Shown here: in pieces, positions 55,415 through 64,000 of the stretch
How the letters are laid out: each line of letters starts with the position of its first letter
How positions within the stretch are numbered: position 1 is the stretch's first letter
Origin: a virus
IMG/VR virus record: IMGVR_UViG_3300032011_002687
Location: 3,419-67,418 of that record
DNA length: 64,000 bases
Reading direction: 5' to 3' (one strand)
Position numbers and translations under genes: made by a program
The notes under the pieces: model-generated
What the model was told of the DNA's origin: nothing
Seen by the model: only the letters and a program-made list of their open reading frames with translations
The model's database searches: none

Positions 55415-57571
55415 TTAATCCTTAGTTAAATTTTCAGTTGCCTGTATAATACCATCTTGTTTAGCAACTAATGTTTTTAATAATTCTGCTACTTCGTTAG
55501 TATCACTAAATGGATTCATACTATCATATTTATCTATAAAAGCTTGCATTTGGTTTGCATTACCTGATAATGCTGCTTGTAATTCCGCATCTTGTTCTGC
55601 GGTTAAATCTTTTCTTTCTTCTTCAATATTACCTAATACCTTTGCCTCTTCTGCTTTTTTCTGTTCAAGAGTTTCACTATTTTCAAAGTAATCACCAACT
55701 TTTTCTCCAATGTATTGTCCTGCCATACTTCCCACGACAGTTCCCATTGGTCCTAAGAAACTTCCTAAAGCACCACCGATAATCATACCTGCACCACTAC
55801 CGATATCACCTTTATCTCCACTCTTTACACCTGAAACTATATCAGCACCACCCAATACTGCAGATACACCTGGTATTCGTTTAGCAACTCCCTTACCTGC
55901 TTGTCCGAATGCTGCTTTTCCAATAGTACTCTTTGGTGCTCCAATCAATTTATCAACAACACCACCAGTTCTTGTACCTTTTAGTGTTTTACCTAAACCA
56001 CTTGTTCTATTTAATCTACCACTCGTAGTTCTTTTGGTGTTCTTTAATTTATTACCTATTGAACTATTCTTTAAAGTTTTTCCTAAATCCATTAAAGCTT
56101 TAGCACCCATTACTCCAGTTAATGCTATTGTTGCATATGTCAATGCTTTTGTTGCAGAAGTAAGAATTTCTTGTCCAGTTTGTAATGTGTTCATTGCAGC
56201 AAGGTTTTGTTCCTCTACACTCTTGGTATCAGATTTAATATCTAACTTACCAGTTGCTAATCTACTTAACTCATCCGTTGATACCCCAATAGATTCTGCC
56301 AATGCTCTTCTTTGAAGAACATTCATTTTATTTAATTCTGCTGCTCCACCGATTTGTGATACAACATCTTTTGCAGCTCCTGCAATATCACCCTCAAGTG
56401 CAAGTTGTCTTGCTTTATTGAAGTTTAATTGTTTACCAATCATCATCGAAGCTTCCATTTCTTTTTCTATGGAAGATTCAAAATCTAATAATGAATTAGC
56501 AATCTTAGCAGTGGTACTTAAATTTAATCCAAGTTTTCTTGCTTGAACTGCTGCTTCTGCAAGGTTTCTACCACCGTCTTTTGCAAAATCTGCAAATACT
56601 TCTGTATTATCTGCTAATTCTTTTACTACATCTCCAGGTCTTAAATCATTTGCTTCAGCAAGTTCTGCAGCCATTGTTTGGAAGTTTAATGATGCATCGT
56701 ATGATGAACCAGTCAAACTCATAAATTCTTTTGATAGTTTTATACTATCCTCAACACTTATACCTAATAATCTTTTTTGTTGTCCTAATGCAATTAAGTT
56801 TTCTGATGTTGCTAAACTAACATCACCAAATGCATCAGCAAATGCTTTTGTAGTTGATGATACCTCAACACCTAATAGTCTTAATTGACCAAGTGCAGCA
56901 GGGTCTGCAAAACTTTTAGTTAACTTGATTGTTTGAGAAGCAGATGTACCGATAGAATCTTGTAATTCAAGACCAAATGTAACTGCCTTCTTTAATGCCA
57001 TTGCTGTTGCTGCAACTCCTGCGAGTAATAACAAATATGGATTAGTCATCACTGCTCTACCAAACAATATTGCTTGTTCTTTCATATCTTTCATAGCACC
57101 AACACTTAATCCAAGTGTACCTAATAACTTATCTTGAATCATCAATCTATGTTGAGATTCGTTTGCCATATCACGATTTACTTTAAGTGTGGCAAGTTCA
57201 GTTGCATTTATTTTGGTTAATGTTTTATATTCAGCTGTAGAAAATTTACTTTTATTCTTAATTAAATTTTTTGCTGCTGCTAATCGTTTTTCTATTTTTT
57301 CGTTTGCATCTGCAACATCATAAGCAAGAGCTTTATCCTTTTCACCCATCTTGATGACTTCTTCTTTATTATCCCTAATAGATTCTGCAAGTTTCTCTTG
57401 TTCTTTTAAGGCTTTTAATTCTTCTGCTTTGGCTTTTAAATATCTTACTTGATGTTGATAATCTTCACCTGAAGCCTGTGCAGCAGATTCCGTTAAACTC
57501 TTAATATTTTCTTCGAGTCTTTTTCGTTTCTCTGTGAGCTCTACTATTTGTGCTAGTTCTTTAGGTGTCAT
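55415..57571 (-). CDS. Tail tape measure protein
   Basis: 718 aa Ala/Gly-rich helical protein with TM-like segments, LLDFESSIEKE; position after chaperone. Confidence 0.8.
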   Translation of the reverse strand: MTPKELAQIVELTEKRKRLEENIKSLTESAAQASGEDYQHQVRYLKAKAEELKALKEQEKLAESIRDNKEEVIKMGEKDKALAYDVADANEKIEKRLAAAKNLIKNKSKFSTAEYKTLTKINATELATLKVNRDMANESQHRLMIQDKLLGTLGLSVGAMKDMKEQAILFGRAVMTNPYLLLLAGVAATAMALKKAVTFGLELQDSIGTSASQTIKLTKSFADPAALGQLRLLGVEVSSTTKAFADAFGDVSLATSENLIALGQQKRLLGISVEDSIKLSKEFMSLTGSSYDASLNFQTMAAELAEANDLRPGDVVKELADNTEVFADFAKDGGRNLAEAAVQARKLGLNLSTTAKIANSLLDFESSIEKEMEASMMIGKQLNFNKARQLALEGDIAGAAKDVVSQIGGAAELNKMNVLQRRALAESIGVSTDELSRLATGKLDIKSDTKSVEEQNLAAMNTLQTGQEILTSATKALTYATIALTGVMGAKALMDLGKTLKNSSIGNKLKNTKRTTSGRLNRTSGLGKTLKGTRTGGVVDKLIGAPKSTIGKAAFGQAGKGVAKRIPGVSAVLGGADIVSGVKSGDKGDIGSGAGMIIGGALGSFLGPMGTVVGSMAGQYIGEKVGDYFENSETLEQKKAEEAKVLGNIEEERKDLTAEQDAELQAALSGNANQMQAFIDKYDSMNPFSDTNEVAELLKTLVAKQDGIIQATENLTKD

Positions 57572-57639
57572 TGAATACCAAATCCATTGATGTTGTTAGT
57601 TATAATAAATTGAATTTCTTTTTTAAGAAAAGATAAACT

Positions 57640-57861
57640 TTAAGATAAATCTTTAATAAGGTCTTTTAACGCTTGTTCAGGGTCTTTTTTTATTTTCTTT
57701 AACAACCTTGCGTGTTCTTTGTTACCTCTTTTTAAAATCTTGTCTATATCTTTCTCTGTTTTACCGCGAATAGATTTCTCTATACTCTTTACAAAGTTTC
57801 CTAATAGACCCTCTTTGTGTAACTTACGAAGAACTCTTTCTGAATTTTCATTAAACTTCAT
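57640..57861 (-). CDS. Small hypothetical protein
   Basis: 73 aa basic ORF with AGGA RBS and promoter motif at 57897. Confidence 0.55.
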   Translation of the reverse strand: MKFNENSERVLRKLHKEGLLGNFVKSIEKSIRGKTEKDIDKILKRGNKEHARLLKKIKKDPEQALKDLIKDLS

Positions 57862-57912
57862 CTAATCTTCCTTAAATAAGAATGTTATTTATCAATAATA
57901 AATATCAAGTTT

Positions 57913-58110
57913 CTATTTTTTTGGTGTAGGTTGACGGCGAGATTTCATCTTATCATTTTCTTTTTTACGAGAATCAACCATCTTATTCATATAATAAGTT
58001 CTGAGATGGATAGGCATATGATATAACTCGGTGAAAGTGAATCCCTCTCCGTGAAATACCATTGAAAATATTTGGTCGTGAAGTATCTGTTTATAGTTCG
58101 GACTCAGGCC
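57913..58110 (-). CDS. gp51-like tail-assembly chaperone extension, probably reached by +1 frameshift
   Basis: Open +1 frame after TTT TTT T: GLSPNYKQILHDQIFSMVFHGEGFTFTELYHMPIHLRTYYMNKMVDSRKKENDKMKSRRQPTPKK*. Confidence 0.7.
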   Translation of the reverse strand, partial: GLSPNYKQILHDQIFSMVFHGEGFTFTELYHMPIHLRTYYMNKMVDSRKKENDKMKSRRQPTPKK

Positions 58111-58864
58111 AAAAAAATCGTACCCCTATTGGTATATTTACCTTGTGGGGCTCTCCTATTTGACTTGTGTATTCTGCTTCGAATTTAATATCAGGTGATA
58201 TTTCTACTAAGTGAGCACGAAACTCTCGTGTATCTCTAGCAAGAAACTGATTATCTACAAAATCATTAATTTTCATTCTATCTGTTTCACCATCTACTGA
58301 AATGATTTGTTTCTTTAATCGTGTAGTTAACTCATTAGAAACTCCAGTTGCTTGAGCTATTTTCTTATAACCCTCAACTTCTTTTTCAACATCTTTTTCA
58401 TCTTTATGTGTCATTAGTTTAAATTCAATTACTCTTTTAGAGTGTGGTAATGTAAATTCAAACTTATTTCCATTCTTGAGTAAAGAGTCATCAACTTTTT
58501 TAGTTTCTAACTTTGTTAAATCAAAGGTATGTTCTACATCAAGACCTGTATCTGGGTCCTCTATGCTTACTACATAATCCTTACCATAACCCAAAACTCT
58601 TGTACCTAACATTAATGCGTTCTTATCTCCCACTAACATATCATCCAATTTTACTTTGGGGTCTGCTATTACGGATTCAAGTAATCTATCAATTACTAAT
58701 CCCTTTTCAATTAAATTTGAAGAAGTTAATATATCTTCTTCTCGTGCAGTCATATACTTGACTTCTATTGTTCCCTTACTTAATGGACTATCCTTTGGAT
58801 AAAGTAAACCTTTTGAAGGCAGTGATAGTTCTTCAGTAGGAAATGCGTACTGATTATCAGCCAT
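58091..58864 (-). CDS. Baseplate-hub/tail assembly chaperone (T4 gp26-like)
   Basis: LPSKG, MTAREEDIL, C-terminal FFWP; between tube and tape measure. Confidence 0.75.
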   Translation of the reverse strand: MADNQYAFPTEELSLPSKGLLYPKDSPLSKGTIEVKYMTAREEDILTSSNLIEKGLVIDRLLESVIADPKVKLDDMLVGDKNALMLGTRVLGYGKDYVVSIEDPDTGLDVEHTFDLTKLETKKVDDSLLKNGNKFEFTLPHSKRVIEFKLMTHKDEKDVEKEVEGYKKIAQATGVSNELTTRLKKQIISVDGETDRMKINDFVDNQFLARDTREFRAHLVEISPDIKFEAEYTSQIGEPHKVNIPIGVRFFWPESEL

Positions 58865-58937
58865 TGTTATTTCTCCTATGAAATGTATTTAAAACCATTA
58901 TACTTATAACTATTAATTTACTTTCGTAAAATCAAAT

Positions 58938-59162
58938 TTATTTTTTTCCTAATACTTTTTCAGCTCCTGCGATTCCAAATGAACCTAAAGTAGTGAATAG
59001 GAAAGAATTGTAAACAACATCGTTGATTACTAAATCTTTACCCATAATACCAGTTACAACATCTGCACCTGCAAATATTACCATTATAGCAAACGCACCA
59101 AACCCTATGATTGATTTCTCGTTATATGAGTTATCATCTTTAAAAATGTCTTTAAAAGCCAT
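58938..59162 (-). CDS. Small two-TM membrane protein (possible holin)
   Basis: Two hydrophobic segments and basic C-terminus. Confidence 0.45.
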   Translation of the reverse strand: MAFKDIFKDDNSYNEKSIIGFGAFAIMVIFAGADVVTGIMGKDLVINDVVYNSFLFTTLGSFGIAGAEKVLGKK

Positions 59163-59180
59163 TGTATTTTCCTTATGGTT

Positions 59181-59672
59181 TTAGAACGAGAGTACTGCGT
59201 AATCGTAACGAAGTGTTAACGATATATCAGCGACATCTGTTCCATTAGCAAAATCTAAATCGTTGAAGTTAGCAGTTTGAATGAATGCTCCGTGAAGAAC
59301 CCATTCCTCAACCTTATCACCAACTGGGCCTAAAAGATTGAATCTAACTTCTTTTTTGTAAAAATCAGAATACCCATCACGACCTGTTACTGATTCGTGG
59401 TGTAATCTAACCCATTCCATAACTGCCTGTGCTCCACTTGGAACGATTGGGTCATATAGAGTAATTTCTAATGGCTCCCAAGTACCTTTACCTTTAACAT
59501 ATCGTTTTACATTGATATGATTAAGTTCGATTTCTTCAAAAGTAATCTGTGGTCTATTAGCTGTTTTTACGAAATAAGATGGTATTCCATCAATATACAT
59601 AATGAACCTATTCTTTGTTTTCGGTTCAAACGCTTTAAAAAAGATTTCATCTGTTGTTAATATGTCGGCCAT
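59181..59672 (-). CDS. Tail tube protein (T4 gp19-like)
   Basis: FEPK..NRF, WEPLEITLYD, VMEW, EEW.L.GAF, LRYD. Confidence 0.88.
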   Translation of the reverse strand: MADILTTDEIFFKAFEPKTKNRFIMYIDGIPSYFVKTANRPQITFEEIELNHINVKRYVKGKGTWEPLEITLYDPIVPSGAQAVMEWVRLHHESVTGRDGYSDFYKKEVRFNLLGPVGDKVEEWVLHGAFIQTANFNDLDFANGTDVADISLTLRYDYAVLSF

Positions 59673-59793
59673 TGCCATCTCCATTTAAATTAATGCTGTT
59701 TTTTTCTTCGATAATAAATATCAGGTTATTAAAAAATATGTAATTTCTTATATGATTCTTCGAAGTTTTTTTGAAGTTTTTTGAAAATAATCC

Positions 59794-59823
59794 TTGACTT
59801 GTATAGTATTTATGTCGTATATT
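59794..59823 (+). promoter_or_regulatory. Sigma70-type early promoter
   Basis: TTGACT-N18-TATATT. Confidence 0.78.
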
Positions 59824-59875
59824 AAGGTATGAGAAATGAGATAATAATAAAGAACTTAAATAAAGGAAATAAATA

Positions 59876-60220
59876 ATGGCTTATATGAATCAAGAAAAGA
59901 AAAAAGAGTTAGCTCCAAATATTAAAAAGGCTTTGAAAAAGCATAATATGAAAGGAACTCTTTCTGTTGATAATTACTCTACTTTAAGGTTGACTCTTCA
60001 ATCTGGTTCTATTGATTTTGGTACTGATAATATAAACGAGTATTGGTATAAAGACCACTTCTCTGATAATCCTGAGGCACTTGCCTTCTTATCAGAAGTT
60101 ATCCCAGCTATGAATGTTGGTAACTTTGATAAATCTGATATCCAAACTGATTACTTTCATGTCGGTTGGTATATATCTGTTAATCTTGGTAAGTGGGATA
60201 AACCTTATGTTTTAAATTAA
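59876..60220 (+). CDS. Early hypothetical phage protein
   Basis: AAGGA RBS; MAYMNQEKK...DIQTDYFHVGWY...GKWDKPY. Confidence 0.75.
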   Translation: MAYMNQEKKKELAPNIKKALKKHNMKGTLSVDNYSTLRLTLQSGSIDFGTDNINEYWYKDHFSDNPEALAFLSEVIPAMNVGNFDKSDIQTDYFHVGWYISVNLGKWDKPYVLN

Positions 60221-60238
60221 AAAAAAATAAAAAAACAC

Positions 60239-60267
60239 TTGACAATGGTTTGAAAAAGCCTTATATT
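60239..60267 (+). promoter_or_regulatory. Sigma70-type early promoter with A-tract UP element
   Basis: A-rich tract + TTGACA-N17-TATATT. Confidence 0.82.
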
Positions 60268-60278
60268 ATAGTGTAATA

Positions 60279-60524
60279 ATGATTGAAAAGGATGAAAATA
60301 TGGATATGGGAACTTTTGCTTTAGGTTGTATGAATTATGAATTGAATAGAGATGCTGGTAATTTACCAGAACACGATATTGAGTTTCAAGCAGAAACTGG
60401 TATTGGTCCAACCTATAATATGGGTAGACCATTAACAAGAGATGAACAAAGAGAAGCACTTGAAGAAGATGGAAGAATGACACCACAAGAGATAGAAGAG
60501 TGGTTAGATTCTTTGGAAATGTAA
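60279..60524 (+). CDS. Early acidic hypothetical protein
   Basis: 81 aa ORF directly after promoter; start uncertain. Confidence 0.6.
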   Translation: MIEKDENMDMGTFALGCMNYELNRDAGNLPEHDIEFQAETGIGPTYNMGRPLTRDEQREALEEDGRMTPQEIEEWLDSLEM

Positions 60525-60534
60525 AGGAAAAATT

Positions 60535-60759
60535 ATGGCTAAAGATGCTAATAGATTTTTTGTAAATATATGTTTGGAAGTTTATGTTCCAGACCAAGGT
60601 TGTGGTGATAGAGCCGTAACAAATGAGAACTCAGATGCTGAATGGTTTGCTAATGAAATATGTTCTCAGATACCAAAAGCTATCAATAAGAACTTTGAAT
60701 ATTCTGAAAGACCATACTCTGTGAATTGGGCTCATAAAGGAAAAGTAGAAAGGGGATAA
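60535..60759 (+). CDS. Early hypothetical protein
   Basis: 74 aa, AAGGA RBS. Confidence 0.65.
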   Translation: MAKDANRFFVNICLEVYVPDQGCGDRAVTNENSDAEWFANEICSQIPKAINKNFEYSERPYSVNWAHKGKVERG

Positions 60760-60778
60760 AAAAAAATAAAAAAAGTAC

Positions 60779-60808
60779 TTGACTTGTATTGGCAAAAAGC
60801 CTTATATT
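60779..60808 (+). promoter_or_regulatory. Sigma70-type early promoter with A-tract UP element
   Basis: A-rich tract + TTGACT-N18-TATATT; shares AAAAAGCCTTATATTA with the 60239 copy. Confidence 0.82.
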
Positions 60809-60834
60809 AGAGTATCAAATAAAGGAAATAAATT

Positions 60835-61083
60835 ATGATTAAGATAAAACAACAAATTAAAGGACTAAATTCACTATCAGAATTAAATGAATTATCTTCA
60901 TTTATTAGTGAATGTAAGACTATGTTAGGTAAAACTTCATTGTCTATTGGTTCTAAAGTTTATGTGGTTCAGAAAACTAAAAGGACACCTGGTGTAATCA
61001 CTAAGATGAATATCAAGAAAGCCTTAGTTGAGATGAATGGTAGGATTTATAGTGTACCATTCTCTATGTTAGAACTAATGTAA
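60835..61083 (+). CDS. Early hypothetical protein (SH3-like C-terminus)
   Basis: AAGGA RBS; LSIGSKVYV...GVITKMNIKKALV...YSVPFSML. Confidence 0.7.
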   Translation: MIKIKQQIKGLNSLSELNELSSFISECKTMLGKTSLSIGSKVYVVQKTKRTPGVITKMNIKKALVEMNGRIYSVPFSMLELM

Positions 61084-61086
61084 TAA

Positions 61087-61280
61087 ATAGGCCGTGGGTT
61101 CTCGATGACTACATATTTGGAATCGATTGGGTTATGTAGTGTTTCACGATTAGAAACAACCCTTGTGAGTTAGGTGGTTAAACTCTCAAAATTTTAGTGG
61201 TTAGGTTTAAGAGACACTGCTAAGGACAAAAGATACTCCTTTCTGGCACCACTACTTTATTTATTCATTAAACCTCCTAT
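61087..61280 (+). ncRNA. Candidate small structured RNA (three-way junction with kissing loops plus pseudoknot)
   Basis: GGGUU/AACCC, ACUACAUA/UAUGUAGU, GUUUC/GAAAC, loop AAUCG/CGAUU, UAGUGGU/ACCACUA crossed by AGGUUUAA/UUAAACCU. Confidence 0.5.
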
Positions 61281-61284
61281 AAAA

Positions 61285-61320
61285 GAAAAACCCACATTCA
61301 ATTAAGAGTGTGGGTTTTTC
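61285..61320. terminator. Bidirectional intrinsic terminator
   Basis: GAAAAACCCACATTC-AATTAA-GAGTGTGGGTTTTTC between convergent units. Confidence 0.88.
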
Positions 61321-61345
61321 GTATAAGCGATTTTATAAGTTAAAC

Positions 61346-63685
61346 TTATTCAGGAAATGCTGCACCTGTTGGTTGTATTACAAAGTCAAGTACAATGAAC
61401 TCTGCAGTTCTTGTAGGTTGAATAAATATCTGACCTACTAACTGATTTCTATCAACAACATCTGGTGTGTTGTTAGAATCATCCATTACTACTTTAAATG
61501 CACTTAAACCACTATTTGATTGAACACTCGCTAAGAAAGGATTAACGATTCCTAAGAATCTGTTTCTTGTTGCTGCTGTGTTTTGTTCAAATACTAAGTA
61601 TCTTGAAGATGAAGCAATGAACTTACGAAGTCTGATTAACAATCTTCGTACATTGATTCTATCAAGTGCACTTGGTTTACCTTGAAGTGTTTTCTGTCCG
61701 AAAACTACTACACCTTGACCTGGGAATGAAGCGATTGGATTCAAACGACCTTCATACAAATCATCTCGTTCTGTATGTGTTAGTCTTGTTTTTGCTTCCA
61801 ATACTGAACTCAATCCACCTCTGTTTAAACCAGCTGGAGCAAACCATTCGTGTGCTACACTATCTGTGAAACTAATCACACCAGGTATCACTACTGATGG
61901 CGGAACCCACATTGGTTTATTCTTTACTGAATCGAGTATCTTAACCCACGGGTAATATACACCAGCATAATTCGAATCGATAGTTTTAATATCGTTTATC
62001 GCATTTGCTACACTTCTACCCCATCTTGAACCATCCATTACATAAAAAGCATCTGCACGAGCTTCTACTTTTGAAATAGCGTGGTTTGAAACGGAATTGT
62101 GATATTCGTGTATAATACCAGGTGTTACCATTAAGTTAATATCAAACTCATCTGGGTTTGATACAGCATTAATTGCTCGTTTGTATGCAATTGAACCACT
62201 AGCATTAGTACCACTACAATCTAAACCTTGTTGGTTAGTTGCAGAGATATCATTACCAGTTGCTTTCAATACAGTCGGGTCATCCCCATCAAATCCTGCT
62301 TGGAAAGGAACTACGAATTTTCTCTGAGCTTTCGCTGATAGAGCTAATGTAATTGCCTCTGCTGCTGTAGATTCTTGAGTATCTCCAATTGTTGTTGCAT
62401 CCGCATGTCCTAACATATTCTCTAAACTGAACACTGCATTATTACCAACACCAGCACTTGCAGGTATTGGAGCTAAGAACGCTTTGTTATCAGAATTTGA
62501 GAAATCCCAACCATAATAAACATTCTGGTCAAATACACCAAGAGTGTTAGTCTGTTGTGAAACAAAACTTGCACTTGGGATTTGTGTTGTACCGAGAACT
62601 GGATTAGATGCTGCTCCAAATCCGTGTGGTAATAGGTCTGATGCTATTCCCTCAAGATTTGTAGTATAATCACTAATATAAATATGAACTGATTGATTTG
62701 GCCAATCACCATTATAGGTAAGTTTGCCTTCTGAATCGATAGTTACATATCTATCTCCAATTGCTCTTGGTACAAAGTTTATTGAATCTGGGTCAAAGCT
62801 AAGATTAGTGAACTCTTCTAAAACTTCACCATCATTGTTTTCGCCTGGATTATTTCTTAATACACGAAGTGCAAAAGAACCATAATCAGAACCAGGTACA
62901 TTTGCTGCTGTTGTCAAATCTGCAATTGCAATTTTGAAATCATCATTTACATTCGTACCATGCGAACGAGTATTAACTTTAAATAAATTCTTTCTAGCAC
63001 CACCACTTAATTGTGAAACAAGATAAGGTGTAGTTGCTACTTTGTAATCGTGAGTAAAATCATCACCATTTGCTTCTGAAGATGAGACTAAACTCATACT
63101 TACAGTCGCATCAAATCCATTACTTGAATGGAATTTTTTGAATGATTTATACACATATACATTTGTATTCGTTGTTTGTGGGTCTGTACCGAATACTTTT
63201 TCGATATAATTATCAGAACCCGTTTGGAAACTAATTGTTTTTGCAGATGCACTACCTAATGTGATAGAACCCTCTACAAAATCAGCTCCTGCTGCTAAAG
63301 ATGCACTTGTTACACCACCTAAATCCAATGTATTACTTAGTCTTGATGGTTTTAAAACTGCTGCAGTAAATGTTCCGAGTGAACTTGATAAGTTAACTCT
63401 AACTGCAGAATGTTTATATCCACCAATTCCTAATACACGGACTATAGTGACGGTAGGAGCATTCTTTATATATTCTTGGACGGTGTAAGGTACATAAAAT
63501 CTTGTATCTAATCCACCAAAGATATTTTCAAATTCCGAAAAACTTGTTACTTGTGTTGGAACAAATGCTGGACCTTTAACTGTCGGTCCAATAATTGCAG
63601 CTCCAATATCAGCAATACCTTGTGGTAAAAAAGATAAATCTTTTTCTCTCGTAAATACACCTGGTGAGACTATTCTCTCTGCCAT
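61346..63685 (-). CDS. Contractile tail sheath protein (T4 gp18-like)
   Basis: SPGVFTREKD, YYPWV, WFAPAGLNRG, GQKTL, DRINVRRL, FEQN, PTRTAEFI. Confidence 0.95.
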   Translation of the reverse strand: MAERIVSPGVFTREKDLSFLPQGIADIGAAIIGPTVKGPAFVPTQVTSFSEFENIFGGLDTRFYVPYTVQEYIKNAPTVTIVRVLGIGGYKHSAVRVNLSSSLGTFTAAVLKPSRLSNTLDLGGVTSASLAAGADFVEGSITLGSASAKTISFQTGSDNYIEKVFGTDPQTTNTNVYVYKSFKKFHSSNGFDATVSMSLVSSSEANGDDFTHDYKVATTPYLVSQLSGGARKNLFKVNTRSHGTNVNDDFKIAIADLTTAANVPGSDYGSFALRVLRNNPGENNDGEVLEEFTNLSFDPDSINFVPRAIGDRYVTIDSEGKLTYNGDWPNQSVHIYISDYTTNLEGIASDLLPHGFGAASNPVLGTTQIPSASFVSQQTNTLGVFDQNVYYGWDFSNSDNKAFLAPIPASAGVGNNAVFSLENMLGHADATTIGDTQESTAAEAITLALSAKAQRKFVVPFQAGFDGDDPTVLKATGNDISATNQQGLDCSGTNASGSIAYKRAINAVSNPDEFDINLMVTPGIIHEYHNSVSNHAISKVEARADAFYVMDGSRWGRSVANAINDIKTIDSNYAGVYYPWVKILDSVKNKPMWVPPSVVIPGVISFTDSVAHEWFAPAGLNRGGLSSVLEAKTRLTHTERDDLYEGRLNPIASFPGQGVVVFGQKTLQGKPSALDRINVRRLLIRLRKFIASSSRYLVFEQNTAATRNRFLGIVNPFLASVQSNSGLSAFKVVMDDSNNTPDVVDRNQLVGQIFIQPTRTAEFIVLDFVIQPTGAAFPE

Positions 63686-63784
63686 GGTCATTCTCCTATT
63701 TATTGATTAATCGTAATAGATAAAACTATACACTTTATAAGTATAAAGCAAAATCCTCAAACGATATCAGCTTAGAGAAAAATC

Positions 63785-64000
63785 TTAACTATTTGGTGTA
63801 AATTCACCAGTATTGATGTCTAAATTACCAGCACCATACTTTTCGTTAAGGTCTTTAACTAACTTTTGTTCTGTTTGTTGATTTTCAGCATATCTTGTCT
63901 CTAACTCTATCTCAGTTTGTTCCAAGTTATCAAGTTGCTGATTTAACAAAATCTTACGAACTTTAATTACACCAAAATCATTTTGGATGGTGTTATATCC
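63785..64000 (-). CDS. Coiled-coil hypothetical protein, C-terminal part (start outside window)
   Basis: Manual: ...QQLDNLEQTE...LNEKYGAGNLDINTGEFTPNS*. Confidence 0.65.
   Translation of the reverse strand, partial: GYNTIQNDFGVIKVRKILLNQQLDNLEQTEIELETRYAENQQTEQKLVKDLNEKYGAGNLDINTGEFTPNS

Noticed and set aside
61096-61162. Hammerhead ribozyme (CTCGATGA...GAAAC)
   Set aside because: Core is CUCGAUGA rather than CUGANGA, and GAAA does not follow stem II but is paired in its own hairpin
1-64000. Stop-codon reassignment, tRNA genes, integrase or transposase
   Set aside because: Long genes are intact in the standard code with TAA, TAG and TGA all used as stops; no cloverleaf, integrase or transposase recognised by eye

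Overview
64 kb of an AT-rich, gene-dense large tailed dsDNA phage genome (contractile-tailed, distantly T4-like replication and tail modules), read in standard genetic code with nearly all genes on the minus strand. From left to right: an ~18 kb glycan synthesis and decoration cluster (1-18378); nuclease, ClpP and clamp loader genes; a GNAT / circularly permuted ATP-grasp-Hint / four-2OG-Fe(II)-oxygenase operon; the replication core (clamp loader, DNA MTase, clamp, PolB, class II RNR, helicase, RNase H-like nuclease, RecA, SSB) interrupted by a full-length TonB-dependent receptor; an ~410 nt ORF-free, highly base-paired candidate ncRNA with its own promoter and terminator; a host-envelope module (TonB C-domain, two type IV pilins behind a sigma54-like promoter with a palindromic enhancer-like site); PolA-like, RimK and ThyX genes; and the tail module (baseplate, tape measure, chaperone with a probable +1 frameshift, tube, sheath), split by a plus-strand early-gene island and a second structured RNA. 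The host is probably a marine Gram-negative bacterium (FCB/Marinimicrobia-like pilins and receptor); this is inference only. All functional calls come from motif recognition by eye, with no database searches.
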